A DNA stretch of 64,000 nt from assembly GCA_000092065.1 (NCBI GenBank), contig CP000600.1. One strand, 5' to 3'. Shown here piece by piece: positions 46,201 to 55,407 of this stretch. Source of the stretch: Ostreococcus lucimarinus. Taxonomy: Eukaryota. Numbering within the stretch: the first letter of the stretch is position 1; each line of letters opens with the position of its first letter. A program made the translations under genes and the position numbers. Under the pieces are notes generated by a model. That model saw nothing but the letters and a program-made list of their open reading frames with translations, did not search any database and had not been told where the DNA came from.

Positions 46201-49200
46201 GCAAACTTCAATTCCATGTTCTCTGGAGCGACGAGCTTTAACCAGGACATCAGCTCGTGGAACACGGCGTTGGTGACGGACATGGACAACATGTTCAAAG
46301 ACGCGGTGGCGTTCAATCAGGACATCAGCTCCTGGGTCGTCAGCGCCGCGGCAAACTTCAATTCCATGTTCTCTGGAGCGACGAGCTTCAACCAGGACAT
46401 CACCGGATGGATTGGCGCCAGCGGTGCCTCCGCGGACAATATGTTCTCTGGAGCGACGGCGTGGCTCAACAACTACGGCCCGACCACAGCGGGCTCAACC
46501 ACAACCGATGGTCCCGCGAGCGCGTGGGGCAAGTTATGCGCGGCGAACCAGCGCGTGGTTTCGAACGCGTGCCAGGCGTGCCCCACCGGGAGCGTGCGCG
46601 CCGCGGGCGATAATGCAAAGGGAGTTGACACGGCGTGCGCGTGTCCCGCCAACCATTATTACGTCTCGGGCGGTGGGTGTTTGGCGTGCGCTAGCGGTCT
46701 GTTCCGTCTCGCGGGTGACGTTGCGCCCGGAGGAGATACGGCGTGTACGTACGCGTCGCCGTTCACGTTGAAGGCCGAACTCGTGAACACGATCGCGTCT
46801 TCGTACTGCCTGGGCGGCGCCGCCGCCCCCACCGGAGCTTCGTGTACGGACGGCAAGGGGTTGGGGATCGCGAATTGGGATGTCAGCGGTGTCAACGACA
46901 TGGCGGGGTTGTTCCAAGCGTCCAGTTCTAGCTGGACCTCGACCACGTTCAACGCTGATTTGAGCCTGTGGGACACGTCGTCGGTGGTAGACATGAGCAA
47001 CATGTTCAACGGCCAGATGGCGTTCAACCAACCCATCCCGACGTCGGGGTCACAATGGAACACGGCGTTGGTGACGGACATGAACAACATGTTCAACGGC
47101 GCGACGAGATTTAACCAGGACATCAGCTCGTGGGACACGTCGTTGGTGGTGAACATGAACAACATGTTCAACGGCGCGACGAGCTTTAACCAGGACATCA
47201 GCTCGTGGGTGACGCAATCGGTGACGGACATGGGCGCGATGTTTGAAAACGCGGCGGCGTTCGACCAGCCCATCCCGAAGTCGGGATCACAGTGGGACAC
47301 GACGTTGGTGAAGGACATGAGCAACATGTTCTTCGGCGCAGCGGCGTTTAACCAAGACCTCAGCACGTGGGTGACGCAATCGGTGGTGGACATGAGCGCG
47401 ATGTTTCAAAACGCGCCGCTCTTCAATTATAGTATGGTGACATCGGGTAGCGTTTGGGACACGGCGTTGGTGACGGACATGAACAACATGTTCAACGGCG
47501 CGACGAGATTTAACCAGGACATCAGCTCGTGGGACACGTCGTCGGTGGTGAACATGAACAACATGTTCAACGGCGCGACGAGCTTTAACCAGAACATCAG
47601 CTCGTGGAACACGGCGTTGGTGACGGACATGGGCGCGATGTTTCAAAGCGCGGTGGCGTTCAACCAACCCATCCCGAAGTCGGGATCACAGTGGGACACG
47701 TCGTTGGTGACAAACATGAACAACATGTTCGGCGGTGCCACGGCGTTCAACCAGGACATCGGCTCCTGGGTCGTCAGCGCCGTGGCAAACTTCGATTCCA
47801 TGTTCTCTGGAGCGACGAGCTTTAACAAGAACATCACCGGATGGATTGGCGCCGGCGGTGCCTCCGCAAACAACATGTTCTCTGGAGCGACGGCGTGGAT
47901 CGCGAGGTACGAGCACACGTCCAATCCTGGCAACAGCTTTCATGGTCCCGCGTCGGCTTGGACTGGTCCCGTTCCGTTTGCCAACTTGGCCGCTTTGCAA
48001 ACCGCCGTGACCAATTGCTTGAACAGCGCTCCGTCCGGCGCGTGCACGTGCTCGCCCAGTGTCGACTGCGGCGCCGCGCTGTACGAACCGATCACAAACT
48101 GGGACACGAGTCTGGTCGCCGACATGAATGCTTTGTTCCAAAGCGCCACTCTTTTCAACGCCAACATTGGATCGTGGAATACCGAGCAGGTGACGAGAAT
48201 GGACAACATGTTTAGCGGCGCGGCTGCGTTCAACCAGCCAATTGGCAGTTGGAACGTCACCGCGGTCACCGATGCGAGCCATATGTTTCAGGGCGCTACG
48301 GCTTTTGTTCACGACATCACCGGTTGGGTTTTATCGCAGACGCCCCAGGCGAATGTGACGTCAATGTTTGTCAATGCGATAGCATGGATAAACGAGCGTG
48401 ATCGTATAGACGGATCCGCGTCTCTCGACGGTCCACCCTCGGCGTGGTACACGCCGGCGCCGCCGCCGCCGCCGTCACCGCCGCCACCCCCGCCACCAAC
48501 GTGCGGTAACGGTGTCTACGATGCCGCTGGTACGAACCCAGATGGAACTCTTGGGGAGACGTGTGAACCGTACGGGAATTCCATCGATAACACCGTTCTC
48601 GTGCAGGGTTGCGATCCAGCCACGTGCGCGCCTTTTGAGAACTGGCAGTGCAACGATCCGTCTACGATCGGCACACCAGATTACAACTGTACGTGCAACA
48701 ATCCCGCAGGCACGTACGCGTTACCAGATGTCAATTTTTGCGCGCGCGTGAAATGCGTTTACGCAGATCGATGTCTCTCCGAAGGCCGCGGCTGCGCGCC
48801 TGGTGCTGGTGGCAACGCGTGCGACCGTTGCTACACGGCGCAAGACATCGTCGATCTCGGATTGGAAGCTTCTCTAGCCAAAGCGGGTTACTACAAAACG
48901 GGCCAAACGTGCACTGAGTGCCCTGGGACCTCGGCAGGTCAACTCTTCGCTGCCGCTACGCTTGTAGTCGTTCTGGCGTTCTTTGGTTTCAAAGCTTCGC
49001 AAGTCATGGGCCCTCAAGCGACAAACAACTTGAAGAAGATTATCGAATCTTTGCAGTTTTTTTCGCTTTCGCTGAGTATGGACATCAAATGGCCTGGCCC
49101 GGTACTTAACCTCGGCAAGTACTTGGAAGCTTTCACGTTCAGCGTCGACTTTCTGAGACCAGAGTGCGTGGCTACTGGTCTCAATTGGCTCAATATTTTC

Positions 49201-52200
49201 CTAGCGTCTGTGTTTGTTGTCCCTGCACTTATCTTTTTCATCATCGTCTTCAACAACTTCAGATCAAGGCGACGGTTCGAACGAACAGTGCGTTCAATTC
49301 ACTGCGAACGGCGCGATGGAGGTGCGATGGTATACTGGATTGAAAGACCGGGTCGTTTGTGGGGCATAAGGCGCACGTTCGAATCCAAAGGAGGAGATAA
49401 AATTGTCAAGGAATTGCAGAGGCAATACCGCTTCCGAGCCTCCCTCAGAAGCTTTGGCGTGTTGTCCATGACTGTGTTATACCTGCCCATAGTCCGTATG
49501 TGCCTCCAGGCTTTCGACTGTCTCGAAATAGACGGTATCGAGAGCACGCGTCTAGAACACGACATCGACATCGATTGCGAGAGTACTTCTCATGTGACAA
49601 TCCAGGCGGCGGCGGCGGTTATGTTGGCCATCGTCGGAATCGGTATGCCGATTTACGTCATCTCACAAGTGCGGAAACTTTCAAATACGGGGAAGTTAGA
49701 TGATCCACAAACCATCGACGCATACGGTCCATTCTACGATATATATCGTAGAGAAGATCTTACGTATTCGCACAAATTGGAGATTGCCAGACTTCGACAA
49801 ACGACGGTTCGCTCGAGATCTATTCCTCGCGGTAGCGACGATGAAGACGATCGCGAAGAAACGACGTTTGATACCGAAACTGAGCGTGTCGCTGATGAAA
49901 TTGAAAACGATATCAGACAAGATATTGAGGAACCAAACGAAGGCACTTCGTTGGAAACTACCGATGGACCCACTGACGACGTCGAGCAAGGTGAAGATTT
50001 CAACCCTGAACTCGGGAAGAAGAAAGTTTTTGGTAAAGGAAGAAAGTCAAAAGACGGGCGCTTAGCTCAAGTATTATCTATGAGTAAGTCAATGTTGCAG
50101 CGCACTCCGTCTGCGCAAGCGCGCGAGCGCGTGAAAAAGATGAGCTGGAAAGATCGGTTCTCAGTGTATTACCTCTCGGTGGAATTATGCCAGAAGAGCG
50201 GTGTCATTCTCATGACTTCGCCCTTCATCAGCGCTTCGCCTCTCAGTGGCTGGGGCCTTGTATTCATCCACTGGTTCCTCGGCATTTTCGTCTACATTTG
50301 TCAACCTTGGAGAATAATCACGTTGAGTTTCTTCGGTTTTAAGGTGTCAAATTGTCTGAACAAAGTCGAAACTATGGCGGCGTTCCTGCAAGGTGTGACG
50401 CCCGCCTTGGCGATGATATGGCCAGTTAAGCGAGACGCTGACGGCATCGTGCAGGAAAGTTTCACGCTCGAGATGATGACTGGTCTTATGACTGCCATCA
50501 TCACGGGTTTACTCGCTATTCGCATCATCGTATTCGTCGGGGAACGCGTCGCGGTCAAACGCGCAAAGATGGACATCGACAAGGAACCCGAAGCATGCAT
50601 TGAGATTGTTCGTGAACGACTCGTCGAGATGGCGAAGAAACGTGCGGTCGTGAGCTTGTTCGCGTTCAAGGCAGACTTTGATATAACACGGCGCAAAGCG
50701 CGGGCGAGAATAGAGATCACGCGTCAAGCTATGTTGACTAGAATCGACACTTTGAAGTCGGAGATGGCTAGCACCGAAGGTCAGGGTATCGATTACACGG
50801 AGCAAATCACGGCCTTGTATGAAGTGGCGAATCAGATGGCACATATCGTGAATACCGTTGTACCGATGCCTCCACCTGTTGGGCCTGCTGTAGAGGAGCG
50901 TATAGACGCTCTCGAGGCGCAGTTGTCGAAACTTTCCGTGGCCGAGGACGAACGCTACGTCGCCGCACGACAAGAGTCAGAGCCGTCGCCGAACGCTGCG
51001 GCAATGCACATAATTTTCAAGGTGCACATCGTCGATTGCATCGTTGCACAAGTCAACGAACAGCTTGAAGTATACGCGAGTGCAGAGTTAGTGAGCGATT
51101 TAGCCGTTCTTGGACGACGACATGCCGAGTTGTTGAGCGAGCAGAGCGCCATAACTTCTCAATTCGGCGACTCCGAGCTTCGTGCAACTTCAGACGAGTT
51201 ATCTTCATCAGCCGTTCCGTTACTAGAAGCGAACGAACGTGATGACTTCGAAAAGGTATCTTCCACGCTCCATCACTGTGCGAGCGTCATCGATGCGCAC
51301 GCGCAGTGGTGTATGACGCAGAGCGAGCTGTTCAGTGGCCTCAAGAGGGAGCACCCTACTTTCCTTCCGGACGAACCACCATTGACAACGGAGTGCTTCG
51401 AATCGTGCATCAAAGATCTGAAGACACATGAAAAGCAGATGGAGTTAGTTAGGACGCAGTGCATCAGCGACTGGCTTCCAATGTTCAAACATTTCGGTTG
51501 CGTCAAGTATCTCAGAGGGTTCGCCGAGCAGATTCGTAATCAACTCAGTCTCAATCTCAATGGAGAGATCACGCCAGAAGAAGCCAAGGTGGTGTATGAT
51601 GACACCGTTGCCTTCATGGATGGCTTCGCCTCGTGGTGTGCAGATTTGTGTGGCATAATCGAAACGTCAGACGTTTTCAATGAGTTTCAACCCATCGCCT
51701 CGGCCATGATGAAGAGCCTGAAGGTGATACAGATCGACGCTAAGAAGCAAAGCATGCTCGCTCAAAAAGTACTGTCGGCCGTCGACTATGCTTTGGCGCA
51801 GAAGTCCACCGCAGAGGCCGTGCGAAATAATTTGCAGCAGGCGTTGCGCGATTTAACGTCGAAAATGGAGGAGCATCTTGCCGTTCAGATGGATGAAATG
51901 AAGAATGAGAAGATCGCTCTCGAGAGAGCGTATGAAGAAGAAAAGGTGCAAACCGAGGAGGACATCAACGTCCTCGAGAAAACGTTCGCTGAGAGAAAGG
52001 CCACGATGGAGCGCGAATTTGCACTGCAGCGCGACATAGTCGAACGATTACTCGTCATGAAGCAAGAAGAGAAGGCCGCGGTCGCTCCGTCTTTGAACCC
52101 ATTCAGACGCGTACGCTTCGAGTACGAAAACGAGCTCGCGAGCGCCAATAAGGAGTGCCTCAGGATCTCACGAGCCTTGGAGAGAGAAGAGAACGTGAAA

Positions 52201-52683
52201 AATATGCAGTGTGAAAACTTGCTTCGAGCGATGCAGCAAACCGAGCGTCAGCTGCGAGCGCAGATTAAAATCCACGATTCACTCATGGCAAAGATGGAAG
52301 CCGATGTCTTGGATCACCTCAAAAAGCAAGGCAACGTGGCGCAAAAGCGAACGGCTCACGATATCGCGGCGAACAAGGCCGTGCTCGCGTCGCGAAAAGC
52401 CATCTATAAGCAGCAACGTATCGCTGCACAGCTGTACGTATCCGTAGAACGCGAGACTACGAGAGCTCAAGTCGGTCTCACGAGAACGAAACTTGCGGTG
52501 GCTAAACGTAAAGGGCTGCTTGTACGCACAACCTCGCGCCTGACGGGAAAATCCCTGCGGTCAAAATCGCGAAAGAAAGCGCACGACGAAAACGAGACGG
52601 TCAAAGACGATCAACAAGAAAAGGAGGTTGAAGATCAAACCGCGGTTGATGAAAAAAGCAACGTCACGGAGACGAAGACGTAA
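43276..52683 (+). CDS. Giant (about 3,100 aa) single-exon surface protein. Domain order: signal peptide, long arrays of DUF285 (PF03382-like, 'Mycoplasma' 26-aa) repeats interleaved with a Cys-rich module, a poly-Pro linker, an EGF/TNFR-like Cys-rich stalk, a multi-pass TM region, then a coiled-coil cytoplasmic tail of about 900 aa. Alternative start at the ATG at 43423.
   Basis: A signal-like segment, [20 protein letters not shown], is followed by more than 40 repeats of [MF]FxxAxxFNQDIS[ST]WDTSxVTDMxxMF. The Cys-rich module [59 protein letters not shown] recurs. [15 protein letters not shown] tract (about 48455-48500) precedes the Cys-rich stalk PTCGNGVYD...CTECPG. Hydrophobic helices follow, starting with [16 protein letters not shown], at about 48950-50560. 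A long E/K/Q/L-rich heptad region runs from about 50600 to 52680. The R-rich residues before 43276 are likely not coding. Confidence 0.8.
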   Translation: MDARTRRDAATRARRECIARGRGDNGRARARDDARGRTREAKGRPAARAMGARRTRGSGRRGTNRRGAALATALAMGLTLAVEGATSPFTSRGDLDNAIMACLADDETLATCRDSAATPVPIGSWDVAAIVDMSRLFDSGSVGRFVNVDIGLWDTSSVTDMNAMFKGQTNFNQDLSTWDTSSVTDMSGMFHDASSFNQNIPTSGVQWDTSQVEFFDTMFKNAVAFNQDISSWVVSAAANFNSMFSGATSFNQDITGWIGASGASADNMFSGATAWLNNYGPTTAGSTTTDGPASAWGKLCAANQRVVSNACQACPTGSVRAAGDNAKGVDTACACPANHYYVSGGGCLACASGLFRLAGDVAPGGHTACTYASPFTLKAELVNTIASSYCLGGAAAPTGASCTDGKGLGIANWDVSGVNDMAGLFQASSSSWTSTTFNADLSLWDTSSVVDMNNMFNGATSFNQDISSWDTSLVVNMNNMFNGATSFNQDISSWVTQSVTDMGAMFENAAAFDQPIPKSGSQWDTTLVKDMSNMFFGAAAFNQDLSTWVTQSVVDMSAMFQNAPLFNYSMVTSGSVWDTSSVTNMDNMFKDAVAFNQDISSWVVSAVANFNSMFSGARSFNQDITRWNSASDASADNMFSGAVAWITDYGPMTAGSVDGPASAWGKICAANQRIVSNACQACPTGSVRAAGDNAKGEDTACACPANHYYVSGDGCLACASGLFRLAGDVAPGGDTACTYASPFTLKAELVNTIASSYCLGAAAAPSGASCTDGKGLGIANWDVSGVNDMAGLFQASSSSWTSTTFNADLSLWNTSSVVNMNNMFNGATSFNQDISSWNTALVTDMNNMFNGATSFNQDISSWNTSLVVNMNNMFNGATSFNQDIRSWVTSSVTDMGAMFENAAAFDQPIPKSGSQWDTTLVKDMSNMFFGAAAFNRDLSTWVTQSVTDMGAMFQNAPLFNYGMVTSGSVWDTSSVANFNSMFSGATSFNQDISSWNTALVTDMDNMFKDAVAFNQDISSWVVSAAANFNSMFSGATSFNQDITGWIGASGASADNMFSGATAWLNNYGPTTAGSTTTDGPASAWGKLCAANQRVVSNACQACPTGSVRAAGDNAKGVDTACACPANHYYVSGGGCLACASGLFRLAGDVAPGGDTACTYASPFTLKAELVNTIASSYCLGGAAAPTGASCTDGKGLGIANWDVSGVNDMAGLFQASSSSWTSTTFNADLSLWDTSSVVDMSNMFNGQMAFNQPIPTSGSQWNTALVTDMNNMFNGATRFNQDISSWDTSLVVNMNNMFNGATSFNQDISSWVTQSVTDMGAMFENAAAFDQPIPKSGSQWDTTLVKDMSNMFFGAAAFNQDLSTWVTQSVVDMSAMFQNAPLFNYSMVTSGSVWDTALVTDMNNMFNGATRFNQDISSWDTSSVVNMNNMFNGATSFNQNISSWNTALVTDMGAMFQSAVAFNQPIPKSGSQWDTSLVTNMNNMFGGATAFNQDIGSWVVSAVANFDSMFSGATSFNKNITGWIGAGGASANNMFSGATAWIARYEHTSNPGNSFHGPASAWTGPVPFANLAALQTAVTNCLNSAPSGACTCSPSVDCGAALYEPITNWDTSLVADMNALFQSATLFNANIGSWNTEQVTRMDNMFSGAAAFNQPIGSWNVTAVTDASHMFQGATAFVHDITGWVLSQTPQANVTSMFVNAIAWINERDRIDGSASLDGPPSAWYTPAPPPPPSPPPPPPPTCGNGVYDAAGTNPDGTLGETCEPYGNSIDNTVLVQGCDPATCAPFENWQCNDPSTIGTPDYNCTCNNPAGTYALPDVNFCARVKCVYADRCLSEGRGCAPGAGGNACDRCYTAQDIVDLGLEASLAKAGYYKTGQTCTECPGTSAGQLFAAATLVVVLAFFGFKASQVMGPQATNNLKKIIESLQFFSLSLSMDIKWPGPVLNLGKYLEAFTFSVDFLRPECVATGLNWLNIFLASVFVVPALIFFIIVFNNFRSRRRFERTVRSIHCERRDGGAMVYWIERPGRLWGIRRTFESKGGDKIVKELQRQYRFRASLRSFGVLSMTVLYLPIVRMCLQAFDCLEIDGIESTRLEHDIDIDCESTSHVTIQAAAAVMLAIVGIGMPIYVISQVRKLSNTGKLDDPQTIDAYGPFYDIYRREDLTYSHKLEIARLRQTTVRSRSIPRGSDDEDDREETTFDTETERVADEIENDIRQDIEEPNEGTSLETTDGPTDDVEQGEDFNPELGKKKVFGKGRKSKDGRLAQVLSMSKSMLQRTPSAQARERVKKMSWKDRFSVYYLSVELCQKSGVILMTSPFISASPLSGWGLVFIHWFLGIFVYICQPWRIITLSFFGFKVSNCLNKVETMAAFLQGVTPALAMIWPVKRDADGIVQESFTLEMMTGLMTAIITGLLAIRIIVFVGERVAVKRAKMDIDKEPEACIEIVRERLVEMAKKRAVVSLFAFKADFDITRRKARARIEITRQAMLTRIDTLKSEMASTEGQGIDYTEQITALYEVANQMAHIVNTVVPMPPPVGPAVEERIDALEAQLSKLSVAEDERYVAARQESEPSPNAAAMHIIFKVHIVDCIVAQVNEQLEVYASAELVSDLAVLGRRHAELLSEQSAITSQFGDSELRATSDELSSSAVPLLEANERDDFEKVSSTLHHCASVIDAHAQWCMTQSELFSGLKREHPTFLPDEPPLTTECFESCIKDLKTHEKQMELVRTQCISDWLPMFKHFGCVKYLRGFAEQIRNQLSLNLNGEITPEEAKVVYDDTVAFMDGFASWCADLCGIIETSDVFNEFQPIASAMMKSLKVIQIDAKKQSMLAQKVLSAVDYALAQKSTAEAVRNNLQQALRDLTSKMEEHLAVQMDEMKNEKIALERAYEEEKVQTEEDINVLEKTFAERKATMEREFALQRDIVERLLVMKQEEKAAVAPSLNPFRRVRFEYENELASANKECLRISRALEREENVKNMQCENLLRAMQQTERQLRAQIKIHDSLMAKMEADVLDHLKKQGNVAQKRTAHDIAANKAVLASRKAIYKQQRIAAQLYVSVERETTRAQVGLTRTKLAVAKRKGLLVRTTSRLTGKSLRSKSRKKAHDENETVKDDQQEKEVEDQTAVDEKSNVTETKT
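43700..47900 (+). repeat. Higher-order tandem repeat array inside the giant gene. The 78-bp DUF285 units are organised into three nearly identical segmental copies: about 44100-45200, 45200-46458 and 46458-47900.
   Basis: Long identical strings recur. 'ctacggcccgaccacagcgggctcaaccacaaccgatggtcccgcgagcgcgtggggcaagttatgcgcggcgaaccagcgcgtggtttcgaacgcgtgccaggcgtgccccaccgggagcgtgcgcgccgcgggcgataatgcaaagggag' occurs at about 44110 and 46470, with a near-identical copy at about 45210. The roughly 170-bp string beginning 'gcggtggcgttcaatcaggacatcagctcctgggtcgtcagcgccgcggcaaacttcaattccatgttctctggagcgacgagcttcaaccaggacatcaccggatgg' occurs at about 43935 and 46300. Confidence 0.9.
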
Positions 52684-52711
52684 ATTGAAATTTCTGTCAT
52701 AATACAGTAGT

Positions 52712-53581
52712 TTATTTCTTCGTGTCGTCAAGTTCGTCGTCGTATTCGTGAGCCGCGCGCCCGCTCCGTACGGCGTTTGCGACTTTCGAGCGGGCGCTCC
52801 CATCGGCGTATCGACCGATGTGTTCTAAATACGCGGCCCAATCGGGCAACGTTTTACGCACCTGTTCGCGAGCCAGCATCGCGTCCAACCACGCGTGATA
52901 TGAAGCCAGCGCGGCGGTTTTCGGAATCGCGTAGTCGGCTCCGCGATAGTGTTCAAATACCGGAAGCCGCCAAGCCCACGGGAACAACGCGTAATCCACC
53001 AATCCAGGAGCCTCGCCGGAGTAAAACGGTGATTTCTTATTCTCGTCGCACCACGACGCAAACCTCTCCAACCCTTCAATAATCGCCTCAAACGCCTCGC
53101 GCTGCTCTGCGGGATTCTGACGCACCAGCACGTGATAATACTTGCTGCATATCTGTTTATTCACCCAATCCGCGTCCACTCTCGCCCGCGCTCGCTCGTA
53201 CGGACAGCTACTCATGATCGGTGTCGTCCCTCCCCTCACGATTTCGTCGATAAACTGCACGCACACCAACGACTCCGTGACCACGTTCTTCGTCGCGTCG
53301 CCTCGCTTCGCGTTATACGTCTCCGGCGACACGAGCGTCGGCACCATCCCGAGTGGGTTGTGTTTCAGCAGCGTCGGTGATTTGTAGTGGTACCAGTTTT
53401 CGTGCGCAGTCTCGACGCTCGCGTCCGTGGCTCTGCGTTTCTCCCAGCCGAGCGCCTCTTCCCAGTCGTACGTCAGGTGACCGTGATGATGTTCCAACGC
53501 CAGCGTCGCGCGATGCGCGAAAGGACAGAACCAGGCGCTGAAGTAGTGGAGGTGTGGCACCGCCGCACCGCGAGCGGACAT
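52712..53581 (-). CDS. GST: Glutathione S-transferase (thioredoxin-fold N-terminal plus helical C-terminal domain).
   Basis: ATG at 53581. HLHYFSAWFCPFAHRATLAL...GMVPTL is the GST N-terminal betaalphabeta with a Cys/Ser active-site region. The C-terminal helical domain includes LVDYALFPWAWRL. Confidence 0.78.
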   Translation of the reverse strand: MSARGAAVPHLHYFSAWFCPFAHRATLALEHHHGHLTYDWEEALGWEKRRATDASVETAHENWYHYKSPTLLKHNPLGMVPTLVSPETYNAKRGDATKNVVTESLVCVQFIDEIVRGGTTPIMSSCPYERARARVDADWVNKQICSKYYHVLVRQNPAEQREAFEAIIEGLERFASWCDENKKSPFYSGEAPGLVDYALFPWAWRLPVFEHYRGADYAIPKTAALASYHAWLDAMLAREQVRKTLPDWAAYLEHIGRYADGSARSKVANAVRSGRAAHEYDDELDDTKK

Positions 53582-53733
53582 CGGGGCGAGTGTCGACGCG
53601 CGACGAGAAATGACGCTACGTTTGGGACTCGACGGGGGATAGACCCGCGGCGGCGCGGTACGCTACGTCGTTGAACGTTACATCGTGATTCGTGCGCGTC
53701 GATCGGTCGACGGTCGGTCGGTGAGGTGAGTCA

Positions 53734-54855
53734 CTAGGTGCGATCTTTTCGTCTGCGGTTCATGAACCAGATGCGTATGGAAGACGGCGAACTCGCGCCG
53801 ACGTCGGCGGCGATTTCGGCCAGGGCTGAAGACTTCGGCACGCGGGTGCCGGTTTGGAATAAACGCTCGAGCGTAGCCTTTTGTTCCGAGCTAAAGCGCG
53901 CTCTCGCGCGATGGCGTTTCTCCGCGGTGCCGTTATCGTTGCAGTTATCCTTCCGTCTCTTCTTGTCGCCCGTTTTCGGCGAAGAAGTCGCGGCGTTGGA
54001 GCCGACGTTTTTATTTTGCAGCGCCGCGAGCATCTCCGCCTTTGTCTTGTTGGACCTTTTCCATCCGAGCTCTTCGGCTTCGCCTTCGTAAGCCTCGTCG
54101 TCGCCGAACATGTCGCTGTTTAATTTGACGTAATCCACCTTAGTTCGCCGCCGCGGGCCTTCGATGATTAGATCGGACTCTGATTCGCTGCTCGACTCTT
54201 CGCTCGACGAGCGCGCGCTACCGCTCAGCGCCTCGTTTTCGTCATCACGCCCGTCGTCGCTCGCGCGTCCGTGATCGAAGTCTTCGTCCTCGCTTTCATC
54301 ACTCGGCCATGCCTCTTCATGCGCGTGCGCAAACTGCGCGGTTCCGGGAACGATGCCCTTCTCCTGCATCTCAGCCTCAGCCTTGAACACGTCCTCGGCG
54401 ACGCACTTTTGCCCCAAGTCTTGTTCGTATTCGTCGTTGAGAACGTAAATGACGTCCACTCGCGCGTCGCACAGCGGGCACAGCCAACCTTCGTCATCCG
54501 GTGGAATGTCTTCCGTCTTCACCGCAGGCACCACGCACGACTGATGGTACGCCCGATCGCAAAACCCATCGCAAAGCAAAATATCGTCCTCCTCCCTGTC
54601 GTCCGCCATCGCGCACTTGCTACAAAATATATCCGCCGCGTCCGTCTCCCCGAGCTCATCCTCCACCGTCGTGATCTCGCGCTCGTTCGGATCGAACTCT
54701 AACCCCTTAAACAACTCTCTGATCTTCACTTTACCCTTAAAAATCTTTTCTCGCGCCAACGCCAGCTCGCCGAGCGGTTTCGGTTTCTGCGAAGCCGCCC
54801 CGCGCCACCCGTCGCCGGCGTACGCGTCCAACAGCGACTGATGTCTTCGAATCAT
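53734..54855 (-). CDS. PHD-finger homeodomain protein (plant PHD-HD type, HAT3.1/PRHA-like).
   Basis: First ATG at 54855 (MIRRHQ...); the track start at 54885 is a GTG. The PHD is CSKCAMADDREEDDILLCDGFCDRAYHQSCVVP...WLCPLCD. The C-terminal homeobox is ARFSSEQKATLERLFQTGTRVPKSSALAEIAADVGASSPSSIRIWFMNRRRKDR. Confidence 0.75.
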   Translation of the reverse strand: MIRRHQSLLDAYAGDGWRGAASQKPKPLGELALAREKIFKGKVKIRELFKGLEFDPNEREITTVEDELGETDAADIFCSKCAMADDREEDDILLCDGFCDRAYHQSCVVPAVKTEDIPPDDEGWLCPLCDARVDVIYVLNDEYEQDLGQKCVAEDVFKAEAEMQEKGIVPGTAQFAHAHEEAWPSDESEDEDFDHGRASDDGRDDENEALSGSARSSSEESSSESESDLIIEGPRRRTKVDYVKLNSDMFGDDEAYEGEAEELGWKRSNKTKAEMLAALQNKNVGSNAATSSPKTGDKKRRKDNCNDNGTAEKRHRARARFSSEQKATLERLFQTGTRVPKSSALAEIAADVGASSPSSIRIWFMNRRRKDRT

Positions 54856-54985
54856 CGCAAACTGCGACTGAATCCGCGAGCGCACCGTCGCATACGGCGA
54901 CTATCCGCGCGCGCATCGCGCGTCATCGTCAGTCTTCGCGCGGCGTCCACCTCTCTCTCGCGCGTTCGCGTCCGCCGTCGATTTC

Positions 54986-55021
54986 GAATTCCAAATTCCA
55001 AATTCCAAATTCCAAATTCCA
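54986..55021. repeat. Microsatellite (AAATTCC)n, about 5 units, in the roughly 520-bp divergent promoter region between the PHD-homeodomain gene and the E(z) gene. The sequence is GGAAT-containing.
   Basis: Direct reading: gaattccaaattccaaattccaaattccaaattccacg. It is the only AT-containing simple repeat in an otherwise CGCG-dominated spacer. Confidence 0.9.
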
Positions 55022-55407
55022 CGCTCCGCGTTCGAGCTCGCGTCTCTCGCGCCTCGTTCGCCTCTTCCGCGCGTCGCCGTCGCCGTTCGCGCACCTCGTT
55101 CGCTCGCGCGCGTCCGTCGTCGTCCTTCCTCGGTCGTCCGCGCCGTCGCGTCGTCTCGTCTCTCGTTCGCGCGCCGCCTCGCGCGCGTCCTCCCGTCGCG
55201 CGCGCGCGCGCGCCGCGCCCCGATCCGCGCGCGCCGCGCGCGCCGTCGTCGTCGTCGCTCGCGGTCGGGTCGTAGCGCCGCGTCGGCGCGCGCGCGCGAC
55301 CGCGTCGGCGCCGCATCGACGAACGCGACGCGGCGCACACTGCCGCGCGTCGCCGCGTCGCCGTCGCGTCGCGGTCGCGCGCGCGTCGCCGTCGCGCGGC
55401 GCGCGCG

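Noticed and set aside
44170-48312. Minus-strand ORFs of 138-244 aa inside the giant gene (for example 44295-44942, 45399-46121, 46659-47393).
   Set aside because: Antisense to the DUF285 repeat array. They recur because the sense DNA is repeated. No independent coding signal.
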